IMG/VR virus record: IMGVR_UViG_3300050026_000188
DNA: 47,912 nucleotides
DNA from: a virus
Direction: 5' to 3' (one strand)
A program made the position numbers and the translations under genes. This document shows positions 1-9,982 of the stretch, in pieces; within the stretch, counting starts at the first letter, position 1; the number at the start of each line of letters is the position of its first letter. The notes under the pieces are model-generated. The model ran no database searches. It was given only the letters and a program-made list of their open reading frames with translations, and was not told where the DNA came from.

Positions 1-77
1 GAGATCGCCCCCGCCGTGTTGAGGATGCTTGTCCCATCCGGCTTCACGCCTCCGAGCACGGTCGAAGTCGCCGTGGG
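1..77. repeat. Terminal direct repeat: bases 1..77 are identical to 47836..47912
   Basis: Exact 77-nt identity by direct comparison of the first and last lines of the window; a large minus-strand ORF reads through the junction in frame. Confidence 0.9.
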
Positions 78-907
78 TAGAACATAGGCAGATGGCGTCC
101 CACTCACCTGCGAGTAGGGCAGACTTAGGCTGGGCAGTGACGTAATCGCATTGGTGATATACCCGGAGGGATTCGCGGCGCTGTATGGGGTGAATCCCAA
201 AGCCGTCGTCACCATCGAGCCGGTGATGCCGCTGATGTACCCACTCGGGTTGGTTGCGTTGTATGGAGTGAATCCGAGTGCATTCTGCTTCCCATTGAAT
301 GCGGCCCAGTCAATGTGCGATAGGTAGCCGTCCACCGATGAAGTAGCCTGAGCCATCGCGCAATCTACGCTCGATCCGCTCGTCGTGCAATCCACCGGGG
401 CCGTGCCCGTGACCGCACTCAGCCCTCCGCCAGTTGAAGCCCCCCGCGCAACCATCGCGTTAGGGCTGGCAGTGAGCGTAAGGCTTACGCTGGTTGCCGT
501 GAACGTTCCCGAAGTCACGAATTTGATATGAGTCAGGCCGGCGAGATTGACTTGATAAAGCCCGTTCGCGGTCGCTGTCACGGTTGCGGTTGGGGTTGCG
601 CCTGGCGTTACCGCAGTGATTGGAATCGAGTAGTAAGTCGCTCCGTTGTCGCTACTCCCCAACACGGCGAAGGTTGCAGTTGTCAGGGAAGTTCCGGTTA
701 CAGCGATTGTCCCCGACGCGAAAGAGCTTCCGACGGTTGAGGGCACTACCAGGCCGTTGAGTTGAAATGGGGTACTGGTTTGCCCCGTGGCGGTAAAGAT
801 CTTCGCAGGGAAAACCGAATTGCTGTAAGGGCTCGCCAACTGAGCGCGAGCGGCGGGAGCCCCTAAACCAAAGCACAACGCGAGTGCGAGTAAAATCTTA
901 GTTCTCA
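1..907 (-). CDS. N-terminal part of a giant secreted tail-fibre-like protein (continues at 47835..44232 across the junction; about 1500 aa in total)
   Basis: ATG at 907..905 preceded by GGAGGG; N-terminus MRTKILLALALCFGLGAPAARA-QL looks like a Sec signal peptide; Gly/Thr/Ser/Ala-rich; repeated ALGFTPY..NPSGYI and ..VLGGVKPDG.. fibre-like motifs; frame continues into ORF 44232..47894. Confidence 0.6.
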
Positions 908-961
908 TTATTTGAAGCCCTCCGTTATTATTTATACGTTGCGGACTGATATTATGCATCC

Positions 962-1639
962 ATGAAGTTTTACGTTTACGCCCACAAAACGATATCCCCG
1001 CGTAAGGCGGGCGAGGTCTTTTATATCGGCAAAGGGCAGCGACGGCGCGCTTGGCTCGCAACTGGGCGCAATCCTCACTGGCAACGGGTTGCATCCAAGT
1101 ATGGATTCTCCGTCATTATTCTCGCGGACGGACTAAGCGAAAAGGCGGCTTTTGACCTAGAGAAGTCGATCATTCTCATTTGCGGCCGGGCGGCTCTCTG
1201 TAACCTTACAGACGGCGGCGAAGGCATCTCGGGTGCTTCGGAAGAGATTTGCCGGAAGATCAGCGAGCGTCACAAGGGTAAACCCAAGAGTGCTCAGCAT
1301 AAACAGAAAATAGCGGCATCGCATAAGGGGATTCGGCCATCAGAAGAAACCCGAGTCAGACTCAGAGCACGCCGACCGTCCGAAGAAACTCGCGCAAAAC
1401 TCAGTGCTTCTCAAAAGGCTCGCAATATAACCGCTCCCTCAGATTTTGCCGAGCGTAGCGCTTCCATGCGAAAGGCCGTTACTTGCTCCAACGGCATGAT
1501 CTTTGATTCGGTTAGTGCTGCTGCCACATGGGCTCGGAAGAACGGCTTCCCGAAAGCGGCTACAAGCAATATCAGCAACGTCTGTAATGGCCATCGCCCA
1601 TCAGCTTGCGGTGGCCTGACCTGGGCATTCGTCAAATGA
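962..1639 (+). CDS. GIY-YIG homing endonuclease with NUMOD3-like repeats
   Basis: N-terminal FYVYAH...GEVFYIGKG...R motif (GIY-YIG); twice-repeated SEETR..L (NUMOD3-like); free-standing immediately upstream of the large terminase. Confidence 0.8.
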   Translation: MKFYVYAHKTISPRKAGEVFYIGKGQRRRAWLATGRNPHWQRVASKYGFSVIILADGLSEKAAFDLEKSIILICGRAALCNLTDGGEGISGASEEICRKISERHKGKPKSAQHKQKIAASHKGIRPSEETRVRLRARRPSEETRAKLSASQKARNITAPSDFAERSASMRKAVTCSNGMIFDSVSAAATWARKNGFPKAATSNISNVCNGHRPSACGGLTWAFVK

Positions 1640-3099
1640 TTTCCATTACTGAGGACGAAACCGAGGAAGCCGCTGCCGAAGAGATATTCGCCCGTCGCAA
1701 CGGGCAGAAGACGATGTACGGGTATATCAAATACACGATGCTTGGTTATAAAACATCGACATTTGCCGAACGAGTATGCGCGGCGATTGACAAATTTATA
1801 ACTGATGTGCAAGCGGGCAAGCGTCCGGTTTTGATTCTTCAAGCTCCCCCGCAGAGCGGAAAATCTGAAATAGCTTCTCGCAAACTACCGGCTTATTTAC
1901 TTGGCAGGTTCCCCGATTGGCGCATTGCGGCTTGCAGTTATGGTGATGAATTGGCTGGAGCAATGGCGCAAGATGTTCGCCGAAATATCAACTCGCTTGA
2001 GCACCAAAAGCTATTTCCAGCCCCGGAAGAAAAGAAGAAATACGACGTAAACCGAATGGGAGATTTTACTGCGCCAGGTGGCACTGGCAGTTATTTGGGG
2101 GTGGGTGTCGGGGGCGGTCTTACTGGCAAGAGCGCGACCATTGGAATCATCGATGATCCAATCAAAAACGAAAAGGAAGCGCTCAGCGTTACAACTAAAG
2201 AGGGGCTATGGTCTTGGTATCAAGCTACTTTTACAACGCGGCTTTCCCAAAATTCAGGTCAAGTCATAATGGCTACATCTTGGGCGGTCGATGATCTGGT
2301 TGGGCGCATCATCGATCACTTCGCCGGCGATCCCCGTCTTACTCATTTGCGATTCCCGGCGATCAACCTGCCCGATGAAGTCGGATATAACCCCAAATTA
2401 CCAGAAGGTGCTCTCGTTCCCGAGCTTCACAGTCTCGAAAAACTATATGAGACTAAAGCTCTTTTTTCCGATTATTGGTTTTCATGCTTGTATCAGCAGA
2501 GCCCGAAGGCTCTGGGCGGCAACGTCTTCAAGGATTTTTGTATTCAGTATTACAACCCGAACGATCTGCCGAAGAAATTTGACAAGGTAATAGCGTCTTG
2601 GGATTGCACTTTCAAAGACACGGACGGGACCGATTTCGTAGTCGGGCAGGTATGGGGCAAAAAGGGAGCCAACAGTTATCTACTTGATCAGATCCGCGCT
2701 CGCATGAGTTTCAGCGTTACATGCAAAGCCATCGTTACCCAGAAACTAAAATGGCCGCAGATTCGCGAGGTGCTGATTGAGGACAAGGCTAACGGACCGG
2801 CAGTTATTGACGTGCTCAAGGCTCAGGTGCCTGGCATCATCCCGATTGAGCCCGACGGCTCGAAGCTCGCCCGCGCCCATGCGGTTACATGCTACTGGGA
2901 AGCGCTCAACGTATGGCTTCCTAATGAAGCTCTTTGCCCGTGGATAAAGGCTTACGTCTCCGAGATGACTACCTTCCCGGCGGCCGCCCATGATGATCAA
3001 GTGGATAGTACGACTCAGGCGCTCCGCCGGCTCTATCCCTTATTCGGAAGGCTCAAAATAAATCGGAATGCCATAAACAAGGCACTTGGGATAAGGTAA
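1636..3099 (+). CDS. terL: Terminase large subunit
   Basis: Walker A-like PQSGKSE, Walker B-like IGIIDDP, C-terminal nuclease motifs (ASWDCTF, AAAHDDQVDS); the ATG at 1636 overlaps the endonuclease stop (ATGA); the ORF track starts at 1606 with an alternative codon. Confidence 0.85.
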   Translation: MISITEDETEEAAAEEIFARRNGQKTMYGYIKYTMLGYKTSTFAERVCAAIDKFITDVQAGKRPVLILQAPPQSGKSEIASRKLPAYLLGRFPDWRIAACSYGDELAGAMAQDVRRNINSLEHQKLFPAPEEKKKYDVNRMGDFTAPGGTGSYLGVGVGGGLTGKSATIGIIDDPIKNEKEALSVTTKEGLWSWYQATFTTRLSQNSGQVIMATSWAVDDLVGRIIDHFAGDPRLTHLRFPAINLPDEVGYNPKLPEGALVPELHSLEKLYETKALFSDYWFSCLYQQSPKALGGNVFKDFCIQYYNPNDLPKKFDKVIASWDCTFKDTDGTDFVVGQVWGKKGANSYLLDQIRARMSFSVTCKAIVTQKLKWPQIREVLIEDKANGPAVIDVLKAQVPGIIPIEPDGSKLARAHAVTCYWEALNVWLPNEALCPWIKAYVSEMTTFPAAAHDDQVDSTTQALRRLYPLFGRLKINRNAINKALGIR

Positions 3100-3105
3100 T
3101 AATCT

Positions 3106-4614
3106 ATGACCTGGCTCCGTAATTTGTGGGATCGCTTCCGTAAGACACCCGCGCCGTTCTCAGTGACACCCGCCCCCGAACGTGGGGAGGGCTTAGCGCG
3201 GGCTCTCGCGAAGGCGAAAGAGACGGGCGGCCGCAAGAGCTATTGCTATCCCGTCAAGGCTCCCGATCTGATGCCCGGAGTTGTGCCCGCCACTGCGAAA
3301 TCTGGGATCGCGATGGATGCGAATTTCTCCGCGATGAATGGGGTACCAGGCGCGGCCGGCTACGCTTATGGTGATTCCGCCGGCTTCCCGGGATACCCCT
3401 ATCTCGCTATGCTCGCGACTCGCGCCGAATATCGGGCGTTTGCGTCCACCCTGGCGACAGAACGCACGCGGGAATGGATCGTGCTCAATAGCACGGATAC
3501 CGCCGGCGATGAGACGAAGACGAGGATCACCGAACTTACTCAAGCGCTCAAAGATATCAAACTGCAAAAGGTTATTCGGCGAGCGGCAGAGCAGGATTGT
3601 CTTTACGGCCGCGGGCAGATCTTTATCAAGATCAAGGGCGCTGATGACTCCCTTCCGCTCATCCTCAGCAATAAGACAATCAAAAAGGGCAGTTTCGACA
3701 GCGTTACGAATGTTGAGCCCATTTGGACAACGCCCAGCGCTTACAACGCTCTTGATCCAACGGCCGCGGATTTCTACAAGCCTTCTAAGTGGTGGATGCT
3801 CGGGAAGGAAGTTCATGCGAGCCGGATGATGACGATGATCACGCGGGAACTTCCGGACATACTCAAGCCCGCCTTCAATTTCAGCGGCATGAGCTTGAGC
3901 CAACTTGCAGAGCCCTATGTTGACAATTGGCTTCGCACGCGCCAGAGCGTCTCAGATCTGATCAATAACTTCTCAATCACTGCTCTCAAAACCAGCATGG
4001 GGCAAGTATTACAGGGCGGAGATGGACCGGACGCCGATGGTACCGATCTCTTTGAACGCGCCGATTTATTTACGGCCGGCCGAAGCAACAAAGGGCTCAT
4101 GCTGCTCGATAAGGACAGCGAAGAGCTAGTGCAAGTAAACACGCCCCTGGGCGGCCTGCATGAGCTTCAAGCGCAAGCTCAAGAGCAGATGTGTTCCGTT
4201 AGCCGTACCCCGGCGATCATCCTTACTGGCATCTCTCCGAGCGGGCTAAACGCTTCGAGTGAGGGCGAGATCAGCACATTTGAGGATTGGAACGCCGCTC
4301 TGCAAGAAGCCTATGATCGCGAGCCGATAGAAACAGTGCTCAAGGTTCTACAACTTTCGATGTATGGCGAGATTGATCCCGATATTACTTTTGCGTTTGT
4401 CCCGTTGCGGCAGATGACAAAGAAAGAACTCGCGGAGATCCGGACGGCCGACAGCACCACGGCCGGAACTTACATTGACCGCGGCGTGATCTCTCCGGAG
4501 GAAGAGCGCGAACGCCTGGCGCGAGATCCGGATAGCGGGTACCAGGGGCTAGATATGAGCCTTGAAATTGCAACTCCAAATGAGGGGAATACAGACAATG
4601 AAGACGATGAATAA
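3106..4614 (+). CDS. Portal protein (DUF1073-like)
   Basis: About 500 aa ORF directly after the large terminase; by-eye resemblance to DUF1073-type portals; acidic C-terminus. Confidence 0.65.
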   Translation: MTWLRNLWDRFRKTPAPFSVTPAPERGEGLARALAKAKETGGRKSYCYPVKAPDLMPGVVPATAKSGIAMDANFSAMNGVPGAAGYAYGDSAGFPGYPYLAMLATRAEYRAFASTLATERTREWIVLNSTDTAGDETKTRITELTQALKDIKLQKVIRRAAEQDCLYGRGQIFIKIKGADDSLPLILSNKTIKKGSFDSVTNVEPIWTTPSAYNALDPTAADFYKPSKWWMLGKEVHASRMMTMITRELPDILKPAFNFSGMSLSQLAEPYVDNWLRTRQSVSDLINNFSITALKTSMGQVLQGGDGPDADGTDLFERADLFTAGRSNKGLMLLDKDSEELVQVNTPLGGLHELQAQAQEQMCSVSRTPAIILTGISPSGLNASSEGEISTFEDWNAALQEAYDREPIETVLKVLQLSMYGEIDPDITFAFVPLRQMTKKELAEIRTADSTTAGTYIDRGVISPEEERERLARDPDSGYQGLDMSLEIATPNEGNTDNEDDE

Positions 4615-5128
4615 GAAGGTTTTGTTGGGGCTCATGCTGCTAGTTTGCGTCACGGTTGCTTTTGCCGCGGTCAACGTAAAAGGTTTGATCGTTGACGCGC
4701 TTACGGGCTACACAGTGGCCGGCGCTGCCCCGAATAACTACACACTATGCGGTAACGGGACCGTGGGCACTTACCAGGCGTCATGCGGCGCGGCGGCTCC
4801 TGTTCGCACTTGCAACGCTAACGGCTGCTATATCCGATACTCAGACGGTACAATACACGCCTGGGGAACGATCACCACGGCGTCATCAGGCGGAACGCTT
4901 TCGAGCGGTACGATCACTTTCCCCACGGCATTTACAACTGTCGTGCAAAGTCTGTTGGTTTCTGGACAGAGTCAACCTGACAGCACAGACGACGCATACG
5001 TTACTTACACGAAGAGCGGAACGACTAGCGGCGCTACCGTAGTAATACGGTGCTCCATCAACATTAGCGGATCTGGTTGCTCTTCACTAAACGCCGTTCC
5101 CGTTGGCTGGATAGCCGATGGATACTAA
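4598..5128 (+). CDS. Small secreted protein with an H-type-lectin-like C-terminal domain
   Basis: ATG at 4598 with GAGGGG upstream; MKTMNKKVLLGLMLLVCVTVAFA-AV signal-peptide-like N-terminus; C-terminal ITFPTAFTTVVQSLLV...VTYTKSGTTSGATVV...VGWIADGY pattern. Confidence 0.45.
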   Translation: MKTMNKKVLLGLMLLVCVTVAFAAVNVKGLIVDALTGYTVAGAAPNNYTLCGNGTVGTYQASCGAAAPVRTCNANGCYIRYSDGTIHAWGTITTASSGGTLSSGTITFPTAFTTVVQSLLVSGQSQPDSTDDAYVTYTKSGTTSGATVVIRCSINISGSGCSSLNAVPVGWIADGY

Positions 5129-5915
5129 ACCCACAGTTGTGCGTGCGGTACACGCCAACCGCGGCATCGCCGCTCTCTACCATCGCCGCATGATGGCTTT
5201 GATAGATGAGATGGACGCGAGCATTCTGCATTGGATCTCTGCGACGTACCGCCAGGCTCCCCCGCTACTCGCCCAGGACGCGAGCCCCGACTGGGAATAC
5301 AGCTTCGACGATCTGGGGAAGCGTTGGATCAAGCGCTTCGAGGATGCCGCGCCGAAGATCGCCGAAGCCTACCTCAAAGGGCAATTCAAGGCTACAGATT
5401 CCGCGATGCGCCAGGCTCTAAAAGATGCCGGTTGGACGGTCAAATTTGAGATGACTCCCGTGATGCGGGAAGCGTATGAGGCTTCGCTCGCTGAGAATAT
5501 CGGCTTGATCCGTTCGATCCCTCAACAGTATTTGCAGCAAGTTGAGGGAATCGCGATGCGGTCCTATACCGCCGGCCGCGACTTACAGCAGATGGTGACT
5601 GCCCTCAAGCGGCTTTACCCGAGAGCCGCTAACCGCGCCGTACTCATCTCGCTTGATCAGAGCAACAAAGCCAACGCAGTAGTTACCCAGGCGCGCCAGA
5701 CTGAGTTAGGGATCGTGGAATCCGTATGGATGCACTCGCACGCCGGCAAGACGCCGCGCCCTACTCACGTTGCCATGAATGGCAAGACGTACAAGGTAGC
5801 TCAGGGAATGTGGGATAGCGACGAAAAGAAGTGGATCTTCCCTGGAGAGTTGATCAACTGCCGTTGTACCGGCCGCTCAGTGATCCCCGCTTTCGCTGCC
5901 AGATCCGCTAAGTAA
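5118..5915 (+). CDS. Head morphogenesis protein (Mu F / SPP1 gp7 family)
   Basis: C-terminal GELINCRCTG motif typical of the family; position after the portal. Confidence 0.75.
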   Translation: MDTKPTVVRAVHANRGIAALYHRRMMALIDEMDASILHWISATYRQAPPLLAQDASPDWEYSFDDLGKRWIKRFEDAAPKIAEAYLKGQFKATDSAMRQALKDAGWTVKFEMTPVMREAYEASLAENIGLIRSIPQQYLQQVEGIAMRSYTAGRDLQQMVTALKRLYPRAANRAVLISLDQSNKANAVVTQARQTELGIVESVWMHSHAGKTPRPTHVAMNGKTYKVAQGMWDSDEKKWIFPGELINCRCTGRSVIPAFAARSAK

Positions 5916-5987
5916 CAAAGCCGTCAATAATATACGATAAAAATAACATTTGCAACTTGAAAATAATTGTGCAATGCTTTCCGTAAT

Positions 5988-7214
5988 ATGCCTCAGGATC
6001 TCAATCCCGCCGTTTCCGTAGCGCTTGACGCTTCGGCGCGTTCGTATGACGCAAACGGCCGGCTGCATATCAGCAAAACTCACATTACGAAGGCGACGGT
6101 AAACCCCTATTTCGGTATGGAGATCCCGAATAGCGCGGCTCTGGGGCTTGATCCTCAGAGGATTTATTATATGCTCCGTTCGCCCGAAGAGCTTGCGAAA
6201 GCCGCTCCCACCTTCGAGCGTATTCAAATTCTGATCAAGCATAAGCCGATTCTCAATACCGATCCCCCGAAGATGATCACGGTAGGGACAACGGGATCGG
6301 ATATCAGTTTTGAGTCCCCCTATCTCGACGCCGATGTATGTCTCTGGGATGAGACGGCTATCGCCGGTATCGAGACGAAGACTCTGCACGAATGGAGTTG
6401 CGCGTATCGCTACGTTGCCGTGATGACTGCCGGCATCTTTGAGGGACAGCGGTACGACGGAATTATGACCGATATTCAAGCCGATCATCTTGCAATCGTT
6501 GAGGATGGCCGTGCGGGAAGTGACGTAATAGCTGCAGATCAGGAGATCAAAATAATGCCGAAACCTACCAAACTGGGCACTGCCCTTATCGCGACTCTCG
6601 GAGGTATGTCCGCAAAGTTGGCGCTCGATTCCGCGCTCCCCACTTTGGTAGGGCAGGCCGTCAAGAAAACCTTCAACAAGGCCGACGTAAGCGCGAAGCT
6701 GATCGCGATGGACGCCGATCTCAAGCCCGCGGCGATCACCGCCGTTTTCGATTCGTTGCTGGCATTGGACGAAGAGAAAAAGGAAGTTGCCGAAGACGCC
6801 GACGAACATCCGAAGGATTGCGACTGTAAGGAATGTAAGAAAGTCGCCCAGGATGCCGCCGACGAAGAGGAAGAGAAGAAAAAGAAGATCGCTGAGGACG
6901 CCGAAGAGAAGGCAGAGAAGAAACTCGAAGGCGCAATGGACAGCTTCCGCAAGGATCTCCGCGCCGCGAACGAAGCCCGCATTGCCGTTCGGCCGGTTGT
7001 CGGCGATGTGATCGCCCAGGACTCAGCCGAAGAGATTTACGGCTTTGCTCTGGATCATTTGAAGGTTGACCGCGCCGGCGTTACTGGCGTGCCGGCTCTC
7101 AAGTCGCTCTTCACTCTGGCCCAGTCGCGCTCTTCCGCCCCCGTCGCTATCGCTCAGGACTCCGCCGGCGCTGCCGCCAGGTTCCCGAACGCGAGCCGTT
7201 TCCGTCAGGGATAA
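5988..7214 (+). CDS. Scaffold / prohead-associated protein (DUF2213-like)
   Basis: Position between head-morphogenesis and capsid genes; charged Lys/Glu/Asp-rich coiled segment (EEKKEVAEDADE...EEEEKKKKIAEDAEEKAEKK); likely ATG at 5988 (ORF track starts at 5967). Confidence 0.45.
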   Translation: MPQDLNPAVSVALDASARSYDANGRLHISKTHITKATVNPYFGMEIPNSAALGLDPQRIYYMLRSPEELAKAAPTFERIQILIKHKPILNTDPPKMITVGTTGSDISFESPYLDADVCLWDETAIAGIETKTLHEWSCAYRYVAVMTAGIFEGQRYDGIMTDIQADHLAIVEDGRAGSDVIAADQEIKIMPKPTKLGTALIATLGGMSAKLALDSALPTLVGQAVKKTFNKADVSAKLIAMDADLKPAAITAVFDSLLALDEEKKEVAEDADEHPKDCDCKECKKVAQDAADEEEEKKKKIAEDAEEKAEKKLEGAMDSFRKDLRAANEARIAVRPVVGDVIAQDSAEEIYGFALDHLKVDRAGVTGVPALKSLFTLAQSRSSAPVAIAQDSAGAAARFPNASRFRQG

Positions 7215-7273
7215 ACCGCAGAACGCCGCGCCTTTTTGTAACCGAAGCAAAGCAGTAAACCGGAGGACCAAAA

Positions 7274-8179
7274 ATGTTTCAGAAGTCCGTCAATCTTTAC
7301 AACCCGCTCGCAGTTGAGGGAGATTTCGCCGACGCGAATCCTCGCGCAACTGTACCCGCTGGGGAAGGCGGCCTTGTGGCCGGTCCCCTTGGAGTGACAG
7401 TCGGCCGCTTTGCCTGGGTTTCGGCAGACGGTAAGACAGTCACGAATTACGGAGAAGGCGCGGCCGCGCCGGATGGTTTCGTTCACCGCCAGGAAGGTGC
7501 AGCGCTGATTACTGCATACTTGGGGGAAGCGTCCAACCTGATCCTGGCTGGCTTCCCCGTCACTCTCCATAACGCCGGCAGTTTCTTCGCGAAGGCGAAC
7601 GGGCAGGCTTCCACTCTCCGCGGCTCGGTTTACGCGAGCTACGCAGACGGCTCCGTTTACATGGGCGCGGCTCCCGCCGGCTCGACTGCAACCGGCGCAA
7701 TCGGCGCAACGTTCACGGCGACGGGCACGGGTACCAGCCTGGCGGTCACTGCAGTAACCGGGCTGATCTCCATCGGAGACGTGATCTTGGGTACTGGCGT
7801 ACCTGCCGGGACCGCAATTCTCGCCCAGGTGAGCGGTCCAACCGGCGGCGCGGGAACGTATACCACCAGCGTTGCGACAACGGCAGCGGGCGTAACCGTA
7901 ACCAGCTTCGGCAACGTGCTCAACGTCTCCGCAGTTGCAACCGGCGTGCTCGCAGTTGGCGACGGCATTACCGGGACCGACGTACCTGCAGGCGCAACCA
8001 TCGCATCGCAGGTTAGCGGCGCGGCGGGCGGCGTGGGCGTGTATACGCTCAACATCCCGGCAACTGCTTACGCGGCTTCTACGGCGCTCACGGTTGCCGG
8101 CGGCGTCCTCACGAAGTTCGTAGCCAAGTCCGCTGTCAACGTCGGCGAGCTTGTCAAAATCTCAACGTGGGGGAACTAA
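7274..8179 (+). CDS. Head-associated structural protein with two internal ~45-aa Gly/Thr-rich repeats
   Basis: GDVILGTGVPAGTAILAQVSGPTGGAGTYT and GDGITGTDVPAGATIASQVSGAAGGVGVYT repeats; lies between scaffold and capsid genes. Confidence 0.35.
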   Translation: MFQKSVNLYNPLAVEGDFADANPRATVPAGEGGLVAGPLGVTVGRFAWVSADGKTVTNYGEGAAAPDGFVHRQEGAALITAYLGEASNLILAGFPVTLHNAGSFFAKANGQASTLRGSVYASYADGSVYMGAAPAGSTATGAIGATFTATGTGTSLAVTAVTGLISIGDVILGTGVPAGTAILAQVSGPTGGAGTYTTSVATTAAGVTVTSFGNVLNVSAVATGVLAVGDGITGTDVPAGATIASQVSGAAGGVGVYTLNIPATAYAASTALTVAGGVLTKFVAKSAVNVGELVKISTWGN

Positions 8180-8186
8180 GCCAGTC

Positions 8187-9218
8187 ATGGACCCAATACT
8201 CGTAGCGCTCGCAATGGACGCCGGCATTCACTTCATGGGCACGGAAGCCATGTTGCAACTGCCGAACGTGGCTCACAGCATCCGTGTCGCAATGGACGCT
8301 CAGCCGGCACTAATCACAACCAGCAACGCCGGTATCCCCGCGTTTCTTTCGACGTACATCGATCCCAAGTTGATTGAGATCCTGGTTGCGCCGATGAAGG
8401 CCGCGGAGATCGTCGGAGAGGAAGTCAAAAAGGGCGATTGGACAACGGATACAGCGATGTTCCCCGTTGTGGAATCAACCGGCGAGACTTCGAGCTACGG
8501 CGATTACAGCAATAACGGCGTGGCCGGCGCGAATACCAACTTTCCCCAGCGTCAGAGCTATCACTACCAGGTGATTACTCAGTGGGGCGAGAAGGAACTC
8601 GCGAAGGCGGCTCTTGCGAAAATCGACTGGGCGAATCGCGTCAACATCGCGAGCGTTCTCACCCTCAACAAATTCCAGAACAAGACGTACTTCTACGGCG
8701 TGGCCGGCCTGCAGAATTACGGCTTGCTCAACGATCCCAACCTTTACGCCCCCATCGCCCCCACCAACGAGGGCGGAAACATTACCTGGGCGAACAAGGA
8801 TGCTCTCGGGATCTACGCCGATATCCTCGCGCTCTTCACTCAGTTGCAGGCGCAGACCGGAAATACATCTCTGGTTGAGATGGATGCAAAGATGACGCTC
8901 GCGCTGTCTTCTGGCGCGATCGTCAACCTCGGTAAAGTCACTCAGTTCAACGTCAACGTCAAGACGACGATCAAGGATAACTTCCCCAACCTGCGAATCA
9001 TGACGGCTCCGGAATACTCGACAGCGGCGGGCAACCTTGTGCAACTCATCGTTGACGAAGTTGAAGGGCAGCGTACCGTTGAAGTCGCTTTCACCGAGAA
9101 ACTGCGGGCTCACCCGATTGTTATCGAGATGAGCGCCTTCAAGCAGAAGAAATCGCAGGGAACTTTCGGAAGCATTGTTTATCGCCCAATGTTTATCGCG
9201 GCGATGCTCGGCGTATAG
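8187..9218 (+). CDS. Major capsid protein (DUF2184-like)
   Basis: About 345 aa ORF in the capsid position; GGGGGA before ATG at 8187; family assignment is by gene order and general resemblance only. Confidence 0.55.
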   Translation: MDPILVALAMDAGIHFMGTEAMLQLPNVAHSIRVAMDAQPALITTSNAGIPAFLSTYIDPKLIEILVAPMKAAEIVGEEVKKGDWTTDTAMFPVVESTGETSSYGDYSNNGVAGANTNFPQRQSYHYQVITQWGEKELAKAALAKIDWANRVNIASVLTLNKFQNKTYFYGVAGLQNYGLLNDPNLYAPIAPTNEGGNITWANKDALGIYADILALFTQLQAQTGNTSLVEMDAKMTLALSSGAIVNLGKVTQFNVNVKTTIKDNFPNLRIMTAPEYSTAAGNLVQLIVDEVEGQRTVEVAFTEKLRAHPIVIEMSAFKQKKSQGTFGSIVYRPMFIAAMLGV

Positions 9219-9301
9219 CTCGGTAACTGTTGACGGTGTACAGTAATAAGAGGGCTGGGGGAATATCCTCAGCCCTCAAATTACATAACGAAGGGAATTT
9301 T

Positions 9302-9640
9302 ATGGCAAAGATTGTTATTGGCTGCAGGCTTCCAAACGGGTTGGTTTTGACTCACCCGATCAGCGGAGAGAGCGTGACTCTCGCGGGCTTGCATAGCTCG
9401 AAGATCATCGGCTCAACCCACGTATCAACCGAAGTCGATGCCGATTTCTGGGAAGCGTGGAAAGCAAAGTACAAGGATTTTACGCCGCTCAAGACTGGCG
9501 CGATCTTTGAGGCTCGCAACGAGACGGAAGCAATCTCGAAGGCGAAAGAACTCCGCAAGGAAAAAACAGGCTTCGAGCCGATGGCGACAGACGGCAAAGA
9601 TCCCAGGGCGAGCGGCGTAAAGAAAGCCGACGCAAAGTAA
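9302..9640 (+). CDS. Hypothetical head-module protein
   Basis: ORF with ATG at 9302 (MAKIVIG...); no recognised motif. Confidence 0.3.
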   Translation: MAKIVIGCRLPNGLVLTHPISGESVTLAGLHSSKIIGSTHVSTEVDADFWEAWKAKYKDFTPLKTGAIFEARNETEAISKAKELRKEKTGFEPMATDGKDPRASGVKKADAK

Positions 9641-9746
9641 CAATGAGCGAGAAGCGGCCTACGAAACGGACTCTTCCCCCGCAAGTCGGAGGAGTGCGAA
9701 TCAAGGCTAAACCTAACTTGGATTATTACGACGGGAGAAAATAACA

Positions 9747-9980
9747 ATGAGCGTCCGCGGGAAGTTTATGGTAAGTTCCGTCACGAACCTGAGTGCGACA
9801 AGCACTTACGTCAATGTGAAGTTGAGAGCGGTATACAGCAATAGCCCCGAAGACAATAGCTATTCGGCGGCAACACCGAGCGGAAGTATTGAGATGACCA
9901 TCACCAACCCGGCGGCGGTTGAGCAGCTACCAATCGGCGCACAATTTTACGTTGACTTCACCGCCGTAACCGAAGGGTAA
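9747..9980 (+). CDS. Small hypothetical structural protein
   Basis: 77-aa ORF with GGGAGA upstream; position in the head-tail joining block. Confidence 0.3.
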   Translation: MSVRGKFMVSSVTNLSATSTYVNVKLRAVYSNSPEDNSYSAATPSGSIEMTITNPAAVEQLPIGAQFYVDFTAVTEG

Positions 9981-9982
9981 CG

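Noticed and set aside
1606-1635. Upstream extension of the large terminase ORF
   Set aside because: The extension uses a non-ATG start and overlaps the endonuclease coding end; the in-frame ATG at 1636 overlapping the upstream stop is the more parsimonious start.
3193-3903. 236-aa minus-strand ORF inside the portal gene
   Set aside because: Antisense to the portal gene; no independent support.
5877-6809. 310-aa minus-strand ORF antisense to the scaffold gene
   Set aside because: Antisense to a coherent plus-strand structural operon, with no ribosome-binding site or recognisable motif.
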